From IMG/VR virus record IMGVR_UViG_3300021255_002126, positions 4,253 to 68,252 of that record: 64,000 nt of DNA. One strand, 5' to 3'. Source of the DNA: a virus. The notes under the pieces are model-generated. The model saw only the letters and a list, made by a program, of their open reading frames with translations. It searched no databases and was not told the DNA's origin. Below are positions 9,165 through 18,800 of this stretch, in pieces; the stretch's first letter is position 1; each line of letters begins with the position of its first letter. The translations under genes and the position numbers were made by a program.

Positions 9165-9280
9165 CGCATTTTTGCGACATACGCTTATATATTATTATTC
9201 TTCTTATATATTCTTATATGTTGACCTGTTTGTTGACCTATTTGTTCGCCCGTTTGTTGACCCGTTTGTTGACCCGTTTT
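9165..9280. repeat. Non-coding copy of origin-like iteron array (5 x 12-bp TGTTGACCYGTT) with AT-rich flank
   Basis: Aligns by eye with 58190-58310 inside the rep gene. Confidence 0.85.
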
Positions 9281-9310
9281 CCAAGTGTCTTTCAGATCCT
9301 TTCAAAAGAT

Positions 9311-9340
9311 AAAAAACCGCCCACCTTCACAGGCAAGCGG
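9311..9340 (-). terminator. Intrinsic terminator with GUGA tetraloop (end of lysis operon)
   Basis: CCGC-TTG-CCT-GTGA-AGG-TGG-GCGG-TTTTTT. Confidence 0.8.
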
Positions 9341-9446
9341 CATTCAATTCAAAATCATGAAAATTACTCAACTTAAACTAAACTTAATGTGTCTAACTAC
9401 AATGAAAAACTTAATTAGCATGAAAAAATCATTTAACCCTTCATTT

Positions 9447-9935
9447 TTAAATACCGTTCCTCGCTCGGAACACTCTAAGAGAAATCACTAAAACAATTAT
9501 CATAAACAAACTTATAACAAACCCTAACCCAATATAAGCCGCCTTATCCTGCCAGCGCATCTTACGTTCCGTAACCACTGGCATAGGCACTCTAATACTG
9601 TCAACTCTTATTGAGTCTCGATAGACTATCTTGTCTCTCCATCTGTCTTTGTATAAGACGGAGAACTTTTCTTTCCATATAGTGTCGCCCTGCATCCACA
9701 TATACACAGAGTCCTTTTGGTAGATACTATCCCTCGTCACCAACGTATCGTGCTTTTCAACGTACACATTGTGATATTCAGGTACAGGAATGTATGTTTT
9801 ACAACTGCCCAAGAAAAAGCACACTATCCCCGACACCACCAGCCAGAAGAACATGCTCAGACACCCATCATTATGGAGGTCTTCATTGCCACCCCACGGC
9901 TCATCATAGTATTCTTGTCTCTTATCCCACCACAT
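9447..9935 (-). CDS. Spanin-like lipoprotein
   Basis: Hydrophobic segment + LGSC lipobox, DT/DS repeats, C-terminal TM helix; next to endolysin. Confidence 0.7.
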   Translation of the reverse strand: MWWDKRQEYYDEPWGGNEDLHNDGCLSMFFWLVVSGIVCFFLGSCKTYIPVPEYHNVYVEKHDTLVTRDSIYQKDSVYMWMQGDTIWKEKFSVLYKDRWRDKIVYRDSIRVDSIRVPMPVVTERKMRWQDKAAYIGLGFVISLFMIIVLVISLRVFRARNGI

Positions 9936-9983
9936 AGCCTATAACCTTTTTATATTGTCCCCTATGCTGCGATGCTATCGCAG

Positions 9984-10781
9984 TTAAATTTCATTCCAAA
10001 ACCTTTCCCACTCCTTAGAGTTGCCCTTAGTAGAGGTAATTTTGCCCTTGGTGTCATAGATGTTGTAGTCATTCCAACCTATAATTCCAGGGCACAACTT
10101 ACCAGACACATCATAATGCCTGATAACATTCTCCTTTGGAACATCATACATCTTCATTAAATACCTCACAAGTTTCTTTGCATTCTCCAATGAAGCATCA
10201 GTAAAATACCATCCTCCGTGATTGGGTGTTGCCACATCAGTATTAGGCAAAAGATTAGAGCATATCTCAACACTCACAGTGTTCTTATTAGTAGCCACTC
10301 CATAGAGTCTTCCACCTCCTGTAACAGTATTCTTTGGGTCTCCTACTGACCAGCAGTAGTAATTCTTCAAGTTAGGGTTTATCTGAACTATCTCCTCATC
10401 ATCCACTACAAAGTCAGCAGAAGCCTTCCTCAACATGAAAGTATTCCTCTCTGCCCTTGCTCTACCTTTCTTTGAAGAACTGCCTGCAGTAAAATGAATG
10501 GCAATATACTTTATAGGCCTGTTCTTAAGAGGAGTTATATGCACGTTAATAGGGGTATCTATGATATGTATATCACTCTTTGGAAGAGACAGAGCATAAT
10601 CCTCTAATGCCTCCCAGGTCTTCTTACCCACTACTCCATCTGGATATAGCAGATACCTTCTTTGGAAGTCCTTGACAGCCCTTTCAGTGCCATACCCAAA
10701 AATGCCATCATCTCCTATTCCCAAGAGCCTCTGCAAGGTTTTTACTTCCTCTCCCTTGCTGCCACGTCTTAATACCACCAT
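9984..10781 (-). CDS. Endolysin: peptidoglycan-binding domain + N-acetylmuramoyl-L-alanine amidase
   Basis: LRRGSKGEEVKTLQ...DGIFG..TERAVKDFQ PG-binding motif; IAIHFTA, SVEIC, RHYDVSGKLCPG amidase motifs. Confidence 0.92.
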   Translation of the reverse strand: MVVLRRGSKGEEVKTLQRLLGIGDDGIFGYGTERAVKDFQRRYLLYPDGVVGKKTWEALEDYALSLPKSDIHIIDTPINVHITPLKNRPIKYIAIHFTAGSSSKKGRARAERNTFMLRKASADFVVDDEEIVQINPNLKNYYCWSVGDPKNTVTGGGRLYGVATNKNTVSVEICSNLLPNTDVATPNHGGWYFTDASLENAKKLVRYLMKMYDVPKENVIRHYDVSGKLCPGIIGWNDYNIYDTKGKITSTKGNSKEWERFWNEI

Positions 10782-10793
10782 AACCTATAACCT

Positions 10794-11261
10794 TTAAACT
10801 TTATCTTCTTTGTTTGTCGTCTTTTTAAGGTACTCGCTCAAAAATGGTATCTTATCCACCACTTTTAACGTAAGCACATAGTAGAGTATATCCACTACCC
10901 GATACATTCCACTGCCTTCTAACAACATGCTCCTTGTATTTCTAAGAATATTGACACCGTAGATGTAGAACGCAATGTAGCAGATGTAACTAACACATTG
11001 TATTGCTCCTTGCTCGTTGTGCATGTAATGCCCGCAAGTAAACACCGCCGCCGCAAGCACAAAGAACACAAGGCAATGTGTAATAAACCTAAACGCCTTT
11101 TTCCAACTCCACTCCGAGCCGTTAACCATATCGGCGGTCAAGCCAAACAGGAAATTCAAGATAAACAATATCACTATGGCGGTCATGAAGTCCTGTATCG
11201 GAGACAAGAACCCCAAGACCGCTGTGATGACATTGACTATAATAACCTTAACCTCGTTCAT
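10794..11261 (-). CDS. Holin
   Basis: Multi-TM protein directly upstream of endolysin. Confidence 0.8.
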   Translation of the reverse strand: MNEVKVIIVNVITAVLGFLSPIQDFMTAIVILFILNFLFGLTADMVNGSEWSWKKAFRFITHCLVFFVLAAAVFTCGHYMHNEQGAIQCVSYICYIAFYIYGVNILRNTRSMLLEGSGMYRVVDILYYVLTLKVVDKIPFLSEYLKKTTNKEDKV

Positions 11262-11286
11262 CGTCCAGACACATGTTAGATGTTAA

Positions 11287-11541
11287 CTACATAAAGAACG
11301 AGAACACGATGGCAACACCGCATCCTATGGCATCAGCAAGCAAGTCTTGTAGGTCAAAGCCAGTTCCTCTAAACTTATCCCATACCTCTTTTGCTACACC
11401 GAGACATATAGTCACTATGCCTGCGAGTATTCCACACATGATACCTGCTGTATCTTCATTCACACTCTTAATAACAATAGCGAGAACTATTGTAATCACT
11501 AAACTCACGACGAAGTGAGCCACTTTGTCTGCTCTAATCAT
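11287..11541 (-). CDS. Small membrane protein (VanZ-like)
   Basis: DKVAHF...KEVWD...DLLADAIG motif, three TM segments. Confidence 0.65.
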   Translation of the reverse strand: MIRADKVAHFVVSLVITIVLAIVIKSVNEDTAGIMCGILAGIVTICLGVAKEVWDKFRGTGFDLQDLLADAIGCGVAIVFSFFM

Positions 11542-11559
11542 AATCTTTCAATTTTAAAG

Positions 11560-12096
11560 TTATAAATTCATTATTGGTCTCTCTGGATAGCCTTTCGTGA
11601 AGTCATACCGAAGAATCTCCTCCGCATCTTCCATCATCTGTATGTTAATCATGTGCAATGATGTGGCGTTGTAGCATTTCACTGCATAGCACTCCAATTC
11701 TTCAAGTGCATGCAGCAGTGCATCACACGGAACGTTAAGACTCACCCCATGCTCACGCAAATCAAGGGTATAGTTCTCGTTGCCGGCCTTCTGCCAGAGT
11801 TGCACGCTTCTTGCAAGTTCGTTTCTCTTGCTAACTGGCAGCCATATTTCATAGTCCACCCCCTTGCTAACCAGCATGGCACTATTCACTGTCTTGCCCT
11901 TGTCATGCCTGTCGATAAGCCTGCCGATAAAGTTGCGCGCTGCCGCTGCGGCATCATCTGCCGCCACTACATCCTGCGATGCAATCACGGTATTTGTTGC
12001 CTCGTCAAGTCTTTCAGGGTGGTTAACCCTGTACCTGCCGCCAGCCAGAGCCCTGACCAGCGGTTCATCTTTCATTAATCCTGTTTTTACTATCAT
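11560..12096 (-). CDS. DUF4376-like tail fibre-associated protein
   Basis: LEELECYAVKCYNATSLH...YDFTKGYPE motif. Confidence 0.65.
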   Translation of the reverse strand: MIVKTGLMKDEPLVRALAGGRYRVNHPERLDEATNTVIASQDVVAADDAAAAARNFIGRLIDRHDKGKTVNSAMLVSKGVDYEIWLPVSKRNELARSVQLWQKAGNENYTLDLREHGVSLNVPCDALLHALEELECYAVKCYNATSLHMINIQMMEDAEEILRYDFTKGYPERPIMNL

Positions 12097-13208
12097 ATCC
12101 TTTTCTTTTTAAGTTTAACACTATTCAAATGATTTGTCATATAGATATTGTCCCAACGCTCCGCAGGTATTCTCCTCGCAATCTTGCGTTTTATATTATA
12201 ACTATTGAAATGCATCATCATGCCGAGGTATGAGTTTATGCGGCACTGAAACATTTTGTCATCGTCATCACATTCAAGCATCTTATAGCAGTTGCCTACG
12301 GTGCTGTTGCTGATGTACGTCCTACTCTTCTTAATCACCGCACCCGTCCATTTCACTCCATGGTAATAGGGCTGTATATAGACTTTCTTCGGGTGCAGCA
12401 GCAGTCCGATTTTCCTCAATTCCTTTCGTGCGAAGCATATAGCATCAAGACATTTCCCTTTGCTTCCTATGACTATGCCATCGTCCATGAAATTGGCAAA
12501 ATAGCCGTATTTATCACGCATCACCCTACCGAAATCGGCGAGCATTAGGTTTCCGCTCCACTGCGATATAACGCTGCCGGGTGCCATACCATGAGTGCCT
12601 CCTGTGTTGAAAAGGCTCTTGTCGGGAGGGAAATCAGCCCACGACTTCTTGGGAGAAATCAGGATGGCGTTATCCTCCGCCCTATACCATACAAAGAGCC
12701 GCATCAGCCAGTATATGTCGTCCTTGTCTTTCCCCCGATATCCCTCCAGTACCTCTTCCCACTTTTTCCAAAGAACGCTTATATCGAGACTCCAAAAGAA
12801 ACTCTTTATGTCGAAAGTTAAAACCCACACATCTTCTGTATAGCCATGCGATGCCTCCCTTATCATCTGCGACACCCTTTCTATCCCATGCAGGACTCCC
12901 TTGCCTTTCCGGCAGTTATAACTGTCCTCAATCAACCTCTCCTCGACAAGACTCTCAAGTTTCATTATGACCAGTGTCTGCGCTATCCTGTCTCTCACGG
13001 CAGGCTCTACTATCTCCCTCTTTCTCGGTCGCGTAACGATGAAGAAACGCGATTTCCCCACCTTGTATGTCCTGTTATTCACATCTTGCCATAGCCCAAT
13101 CAGATTACTGTCCTTGCTCATCGCAAACTGCGCCACGGCTTCCGAGTGCATGTTACCTGTTCGGTAGATATTCCACGCCTTGTACCAGTCCTTTAATTCT
13201 ATCGGCAT
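12093..13208 (-). CDS. DGR reverse transcriptase
   Basis: RPRKREI..P..RDRI.Q, SYNCRKGKG, DIKSFF, GMAPGSVISQ, FMDD; reading frame is open upstream through the TR. Confidence 0.93.
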   Translation of the reverse strand: MPIELKDWYKAWNIYRTGNMHSEAVAQFAMSKDSNLIGLWQDVNNRTYKVGKSRFFIVTRPRKREIVEPAVRDRIAQTLVIMKLESLVEERLIEDSYNCRKGKGVLHGIERVSQMIREASHGYTEDVWVLTFDIKSFFWSLDISVLWKKWEEVLEGYRGKDKDDIYWLMRLFVWYRAEDNAILISPKKSWADFPPDKSLFNTGGTHGMAPGSVISQWSGNLMLADFGRVMRDKYGYFANFMDDGIVIGSKGKCLDAICFARKELRKIGLLLHPKKVYIQPYYHGVKWTGAVIKKSRTYISNSTVGNCYKMLECDDDDKMFQCRINSYLGMMMHFNSYNIKRKIARRIPAERWDNIYMTNHLNSVKLKKKRI

Positions 13209-13227
13209 ATACGTCGCTCTCCCTAAT

Positions 13228-13317
13228 GCTGCCACCGCCCTCACTGCGTTGTTGTTGTTCTTGTTGTTGTTCGCCAGCGCACCCGACGAGAACGTAAAGT
13301 TGAACGCGTTAGAGGCG
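13228..13317 (-). repeat. DGR template repeat (TR)
   Basis: 90 bp, AAC-rich; differs from VR at 11 positions, all TR adenines. Confidence 0.95.
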
Positions 13318-13418
13318 GTGTGCGGCTCTCTTCTGTTTCTTAACTACTCCCTTCTGGGTTGATAGTGCGCCGCCCTTTAAAAGGAGCGATGTCTGCAAGG
13401 GGACATGTTCACCCCATG

Positions 13419-13799
13419 CTACCCTTGCATTCTCGCCGTAGTGCTGTGAAGCCATCCTTGCAACTGTTTCTGTATGTTCTCGCAGTGCATGCCGAGTTCC
13501 GCTTGCTTTGCCTCGTTCACGATAGGCTCCCCGTTTTGTTTCTCGTCTTCAACCTCCCATATCATTACTTCCAGCACTCCGAAATCAGCCATGGCGCGCA
13601 ATATCCACTCCTTGCGGTTTTGTGCGTTTTGTGCCTCCATGTTGGCTCTGACTATATCTCGGATTAACTCATGCATCGTGTGCCGTATGTCGATGCCCAC
13701 GCTGTACTTTAGGTCTCGCGGCAGATGACGAATCGCAAAGCGCAAGGCCTTGTTCAGCCGAGTTGCCTCTGTAAATATGGGGGTCTGTTGATGGCGCAT
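13419..13799 (-). CDS. avd: DGR accessory variability determinant (four-helix bundle)
   Basis: LPRDLKYSVG..IR, IQKQLQGW motifs; lies between target and TR. Confidence 0.88.
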   Translation of the reverse strand: MRHQQTPIFTEATRLNKALRFAIRHLPRDLKYSVGIDIRHTMHELIRDIVRANMEAQNAQNRKEWILRAMADFGVLEVMIWEVEDEKQNGEPIVNEAKQAELGMHCENIQKQLQGWLHSTTARMQG

Positions 13800-13838
13800 G
13801 TGACAGTATTCGTTTTTTAAAGATTAAAAGAATAAAGG

Positions 13839-15095
13839 TTAATTATTAAAAGCTGCCACCGCCCTCACTGCGTAGTTGAAGGTCTTGAGGTTGGACGCCA
13901 GCGCACCCGACGAGAACGTAAAGTAGAACGCGAAAGAGGCGTTATAGTGCGTTCCGCTCCATGTCGCAGCGCCCAGTGCTGTACCTCCACATGCTGAGAG
14001 GCAGTCGTTAATCTCTGCCATATTGAGCCACATCTCGTAGAGGACTCCTGCCGTGGGAAGATAACCTTGCCGACCATCGGCGAAATGAACACTGTACGCT
14101 CTGTTGGCTGCGGTGTAACCACCTTTCTCCACCATCGCAACGGTGCTTTCTTCAAAGTTGAAGTCCTGTCTTGCCGTCTCGAAGTTCGTCGTTGTGAGGC
14201 AGCCGCTCGGAGCGGCGACACCGCTATTTCCGAATGCGATATTCGTAGCATGGGTCTTCTGGATGAGAATACTAACGTTGCCCGTCTTCAGCACCACGCC
14301 ATAGGCTGCAGAAGCCGCTTTCTCGCTCTCTCGCCACGCTTCGGCGGTGTAAATCTGACTGCCGTCCCAGATGCCTACCACATTCGTTGACAGTCCATAT
14401 TGCAAGTTAACCACTTTTACAGGTTCCTCTGCTGTGAACGACACCGTACCAGGTCTGTCATATCCCGTCATTGGACCGCACCAATATTGCAGAGCCGTGC
14501 CTAAGGGGTAATATTGCACTATCTCCGCTGCCATGCCGACGGTCTTCTGCGTCGTGCCCACCCTGTAGTAAAGCGTCTGCATTGTGATGTCGCCTTCGCC
14601 GTCCTCGGTGCTGCACCGGATAACAACCTTGCAAGTGGTGTATTCCAGAGGAACGGCTCTCACTTGCCCTGCCACCGCAAGCATCGTCTCGCTCTGGCAC
14701 GCGTTGTAGTTGGTACGAGCCTCCGCTTTAACGTAGTACTCTATTCCCGCCTCCACGTTGACGGCGATGGGGTTGCCGTCCCATTCGAACGATTGTATGA
14801 GCGAGCCGTCGCTCTTGTACAGCCCAACAGTTTTGCCCGTGACATCTTCGTCTTGGTTCGACGACAGGCTTATAGTCACTATCTCATAATCGAAACTCGG
14901 AATCCACTGCGCATTAATGCAGCACATCCACCAGTCTGTGTCGCTCAGAGCGTGTCCGCTGTTGTCGTCGCGCTTAGACATATAGAGCGCGGTTTGCTTA
15001 TCATTGGTTACGAAATCAAGTTTGTTGTATTTCGCACTCTCATCATACACCCCTTCGGGTGTCGGTGCTACCTTCCCAATTCTTATTTTTGCCAT
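13839..15095 (-). CDS. DGR target: tail-associated receptor-binding protein with C-terminal C-type-lectin-like fold
   Basis: GYLPTAGVL..., WSGT...VRAVAAF terminus containing the VR; located at end of tail module. Confidence 0.88.
   Translation of the reverse strand: MAKIRIGKVAPTPEGVYDESAKYNKLDFVTNDKQTALYMSKRDDNSGHALSDTDWWMCCINAQWIPSFDYEIVTISLSSNQDEDVTGKTVGLYKSDGSLIQSFEWDGNPIAVNVEAGIEYYVKAEARTNYNACQSETMLAVAGQVRAVPLEYTTCKVVIRCSTEDGEGDITMQTLYYRVGTTQKTVGMAAEIVQYYPLGTALQYWCGPMTGYDRPGTVSFTAEEPVKVVNLQYGLSTNVVGIWDGSQIYTAEAWRESEKAASAAYGVVLKTGNVSILIQKTHATNIAFGNSGVAAPSGCLTTTNFETARQDFNFEESTVAMVEKGGYTAANRAYSVHFADGRQGYLPTAGVLYEMWLNMAEINDCLSACGGTALGAATWSGTHYNASFAFYFTFSSGALASNLKTFNYAVRAVAAFNN
13852..13941 (-). 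repeat. DGR variable repeat (VR)
   Basis: 90-bp match to TR at 3' end of target gene. Confidence 0.95.
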
Positions 15096-15114
15096 ATCTA
15101 TATATTGTTTTTAG

Positions 15115-15633
15115 TTATTCATTCGTTCCATAACACAAATACCCGTCAGCATCAATAGACAGGTCAGCACCTACCCTTGAAGCAAGGTCAACCTTTTGCT
15201 CTTGCGTCATGTCATCGTAAGTGAACATATCGCCTTTGATATACATGTTCGCTATCAGTTCCAAGTCCTCAACAGAGAACTCGGCATCATCGGGAATGTT
15301 TGCCTCGTCGTCATAGCGCACAACGGCAAGTTGCCAACGCTTGCGAGACACATATTCTTCCTCGCCACGCACGACACCCACCTCAATGACATAATTACCA
15401 ACGGTTAACTCCCTACCTACCTTAAAGGTAAGGGTGTTGCCGTCAATGCGTGGCTCGTAACTCTCTGTCTTGAACGTGCCTCGGATATTGACCGAGACAA
15501 CATCGCCTTCCTGAATGTAAAAGGGGGCGGTCTCGCCAGTCTCTACATCAAGGAGTTCTTCAAGAGTGATAGCAACCGTCTTGGTATTGCCGTACACCCA
15601 CTTTACTCTCGCTTCGCTATTTTCGCAACTCAT
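15115..15633 (-). CDS. Baseplate/tail adaptor protein (BppU-like)
   Basis: Beta-rich ORF between tail tip and receptor-binding genes. Confidence 0.55.
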   Translation of the reverse strand: MSCENSEARVKWVYGNTKTVAITLEELLDVETGETAPFYIQEGDVVSVNIRGTFKTESYEPRIDGNTLTFKVGRELTVGNYVIEVGVVRGEEEYVSRKRWQLAVVRYDDEANIPDDAEFSVEDLELIANMYIKGDMFTYDDMTQEQKVDLASRVGADLSIDADGYLCYGTNE

Positions 15634-15652
15634 ATCTCTTTCCTCCTTTCTT

Positions 15653-15793
15653 TTAGGTTGTTGTTACTACTTCGGTATCTACGCACAGGTAGCCGTCCTC
15701 GTCAACCGAGAACCCCAGTTGTGCGTTAATGCTCTCACTCTCTATCTGGGCGATTACCTCTTGTACTATCTCTTGCTTCTCTTCTGGTTCCAT
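15653..15793 (-). CDS. 46-aa tail-associated peptide (below ORF-track cutoff)
   Basis: MEPEEKQEIVQEVIAQ...FSVDEDGYLCV resembles C-terminus of 15115-15633 (QEQKVDL...LSIDADGYLCY). Confidence 0.65.
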   Translation of the reverse strand: MEPEEKQEIVQEVIAQIESESINAQLGFSVDEDGYLCVDTEVVTTT

Positions 15794-15812
15794 ATCTCGC
15801 TATTTTATTAGT

Positions 15813-18800
15813 TTATGATATAATGTAATGGTCTTTCGTCGAGCCATCGCTATTAGTGATAAAGTACACGTTGTCGGAACTCTTGTTAGTCTTATTTCGT
15901 GTCACCGCAATCTGCTCGGAGCGTATCACACGGCTGTTCTGCACCCAATACAATACACAGGTGGCCGTATAGTTAATCATCGGCATGCGTGCAATCGGCT
16001 CGCTCGTATCATCCCATCCATCAAGCCTTGTGCGGAAACCTACCCATAACGTGATGTCATTCTCCAATGCTCCAGATATATCATCAAGGGTCTGCAATGT
16101 CGATACAGGGAAACGGTTGGGATTGCTCTCGTCAATAGTGTTGCCATTGTAGTACATGCCATCGTAATTGGGTGTAGCGGGTACGAGGACGTAAGTGCCG
16201 TTTGCCTGCTTCATTCGCGTCTGGTTGTAGCGGTAGAAGTATTGCGACAGTGGGTCGGTGCAGCCATTGTATAAGTCCTCGCATGGCACTCCCTCTTCAA
16301 GATAATCATCGACAAAACCGAGCAACACCAAACGAACTTCATTGCTGAAACTTGCTTTCACACCCTCGTCAATAAGGCTGACAAGACCTTTGTAGCCTAA
16401 GTTGTAGGCTTCCGTTACGCCATCGGGCATCATAAAGATAAGGTATGGCATATTGTCCTCGTCAACACCAATCTTGATAAACGGCAAGCGGTCAATGCTG
16501 CGTAGGAACTGTGTCTGGTCGGCAAGCAAGTCAATGCGGGAGTTCTCTCCGTCAAGGTGTATTCCAGCCGTTTCAAGGTCGTCTTTCTTGGCAGACAAAC
16601 TAATGCGCTGGCTGCTCTGCTCTATGGCTGACTGCCATTGCTCGGTAGTCACCGTGCCGTCATCGTTGGTATAACTTACTGTCTTCTTAGACACCTCTTG
16701 CATCACGTCACCTTTTACCGTCATCTTCCATGTTCCAAGCAGATTCGCCGCCCAATTAATAACAAGGTCTATTGGTGTGCCGTTGTAAGTTACTGTTATC
16801 ACCACCTTTCCTGACGTGTAGGGTGCTTTTGTCGTAGAGTCGATGTTAAGAGCCGTTATCGTCACAATGTTTCCCGACACGTTAAAGTCACAATGCCCGT
16901 CCTGCTTTGATGAGTCGTAACCGACACTATAATCACTCGGCTGTAGTACCGTTGTGCCTTTCCATACCCTTATTGTCGATACAAACGGCAGTCCGTTAAT
17001 GGTGCTTGTGTTGTTCTCGTCTTGCTCGAAGATAACCGTTGCAGGGTCTAACGTCACACTAATGCCGTCCACTCCGTCAGCACCTTGTATCTTGCCCATG
17101 TCAGTCCACGAGGTAGATGTGTTGTCAGCGTTCCATAGGTGTCCTGCTTCCGTGGTGGCGTAGTCCGTTGCGAGGTAGTTTAACTCTGCTGTGATAGGCA
17201 CGTTAGTCAATACGTCTTTACCGTTCCAATGCCAAAGGGTTGCAACCTGCGTTCCGCTTGCATCGGTGTCACAAAGATAATACCCTACAAACTTCGGTGC
17301 TGTCATGCTTAAAGTAAGCACATTCCACATCGTGCCATAGTCCGCAAAGTGCCATTGCCCTCTATCAAACTCTATGGACTTTCCCACAAACCTCGTTCCC
17401 TGCGTCCATGTGGTGCCGCCATCATAAGAATAGCGCACATAGATGTCGGTAGCCGCAAGTGCCGAGTGCCAACTGCTATTGTCGGTTGAATATTGGGCAA
17501 CGACATTGGCGGCAGACTTTTGCACTATCATCGGTGCTGAGGTGTCGGCACTCTGCGTCTCTCCATTGTAGGTAAATTCGATATGCGCAATAAAGTCGGT
17601 GGGGTTGATTACGGGGTGTGTCGTTTCTGTTCCGCTCGGAGTAAGACGTGTCTCAGGGCGATACTCCCATACGGTTTCGATGTTCCCTGTATTAATCGTA
17701 ATGCTATACAATACGACACCGTATTCGTCAAGAGAGAGTGACCCGTTAAGTACATGTGTCTTTCCCTTCCACTTGATATAACTGTTCGCCAAATCCCAAT
17801 CGGAGGTAGGTATCTGGTTCCCCTCAACATACACCTCAACGGTGGTCGGCAATCCCGTGACTTGCGAGATATTGCTTATCTTGCCCTCGTAGTTGGCACT
17901 GACAACGGCATTGGCACTATCCAACTCCGCTTGCGGTGCGCCCATACCACGACGTGCGTACACTTGCCAGTACGCGCTGCCCTCCGATGGCTCATAGTCG
18001 ATACCCTTTATTGTTGTGCCCACAGCCACCACACACCGCCATGTTGAGCCGTGATGCTGCACAATGTCGCCACGTCCGTAGGTCTGATTGCTATCCCACG
18101 CGCCTCTTTCACAAGTAAGTGTGGAACTGCCCGTTCCGCTTGCCGATAGTATCTCAAACTTATCAGCACGCATATACACTCCCTTTGGCGATTGCTTCTG
18201 TATGACGTATCTTTCCAAGTCAAAAGGATAGTCAGTGTCACTGCCGATACCCGAATACATCTTGACACATGGGACACCCAAACTTTGAGGGTCGCTTGCG
18301 TTGGGGTCGTAAGTGATGTATTGCAATGCACCACCTCTTTCTTCGGGAATAATCTGGTTGCCGAGACAAGCCACGTCGTCGCCCGCTTCGGGAGCATCGT
18401 TAAAGTTCTGCCCTCCGTTCGTCTCGTAGCCCTTGCACGTCTTACTCACTCCGTCAGCGGTGAGGTTTAGCCACAATGTATTGGATAGGTCTATATAAGC
18501 GTATTCCGTGCCCTCGATAGTCTCATATCCCGTTGCCTCCACGATACGCCAATATCTCTTGTTAGAGGTGTAACCGCTCATAGTATGCCCGTCCTTATCG
18601 TGGGTGCGCAAGTTAAATGTCTGGCAAAAGGCTTGGTCGCCCACTTTCCAGTTGTTCACAACGGCTTTCTTCTCTTCCTTGTCTTCCGCAGTCCAATAGC
18701 AGCGGTAGTATGCTACCTTTGCATCGGGGTCTTCTTGCCACACACCAAAGAACTGACCCGTCAGATGCACAAGTTTCAGCGCAAGGTTAACGCCAGCAAA

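Noticed and set aside
9219-9280. CRISPR array
   Set aside because: 12-bp tandem repeats without spacers; they match the rep iterons; no cas genes
9161-9491. Short + strand ORFs across the iteron and terminator region
   Set aside because: Translations simply reflect the repeats; better explained as non-coding elements
13815-13829. DGR cruciform hairpin after VR
   Set aside because: Only a weak all-AT 6-bp stem (TTTTAA-AGA-TTAAAA); not enough to call
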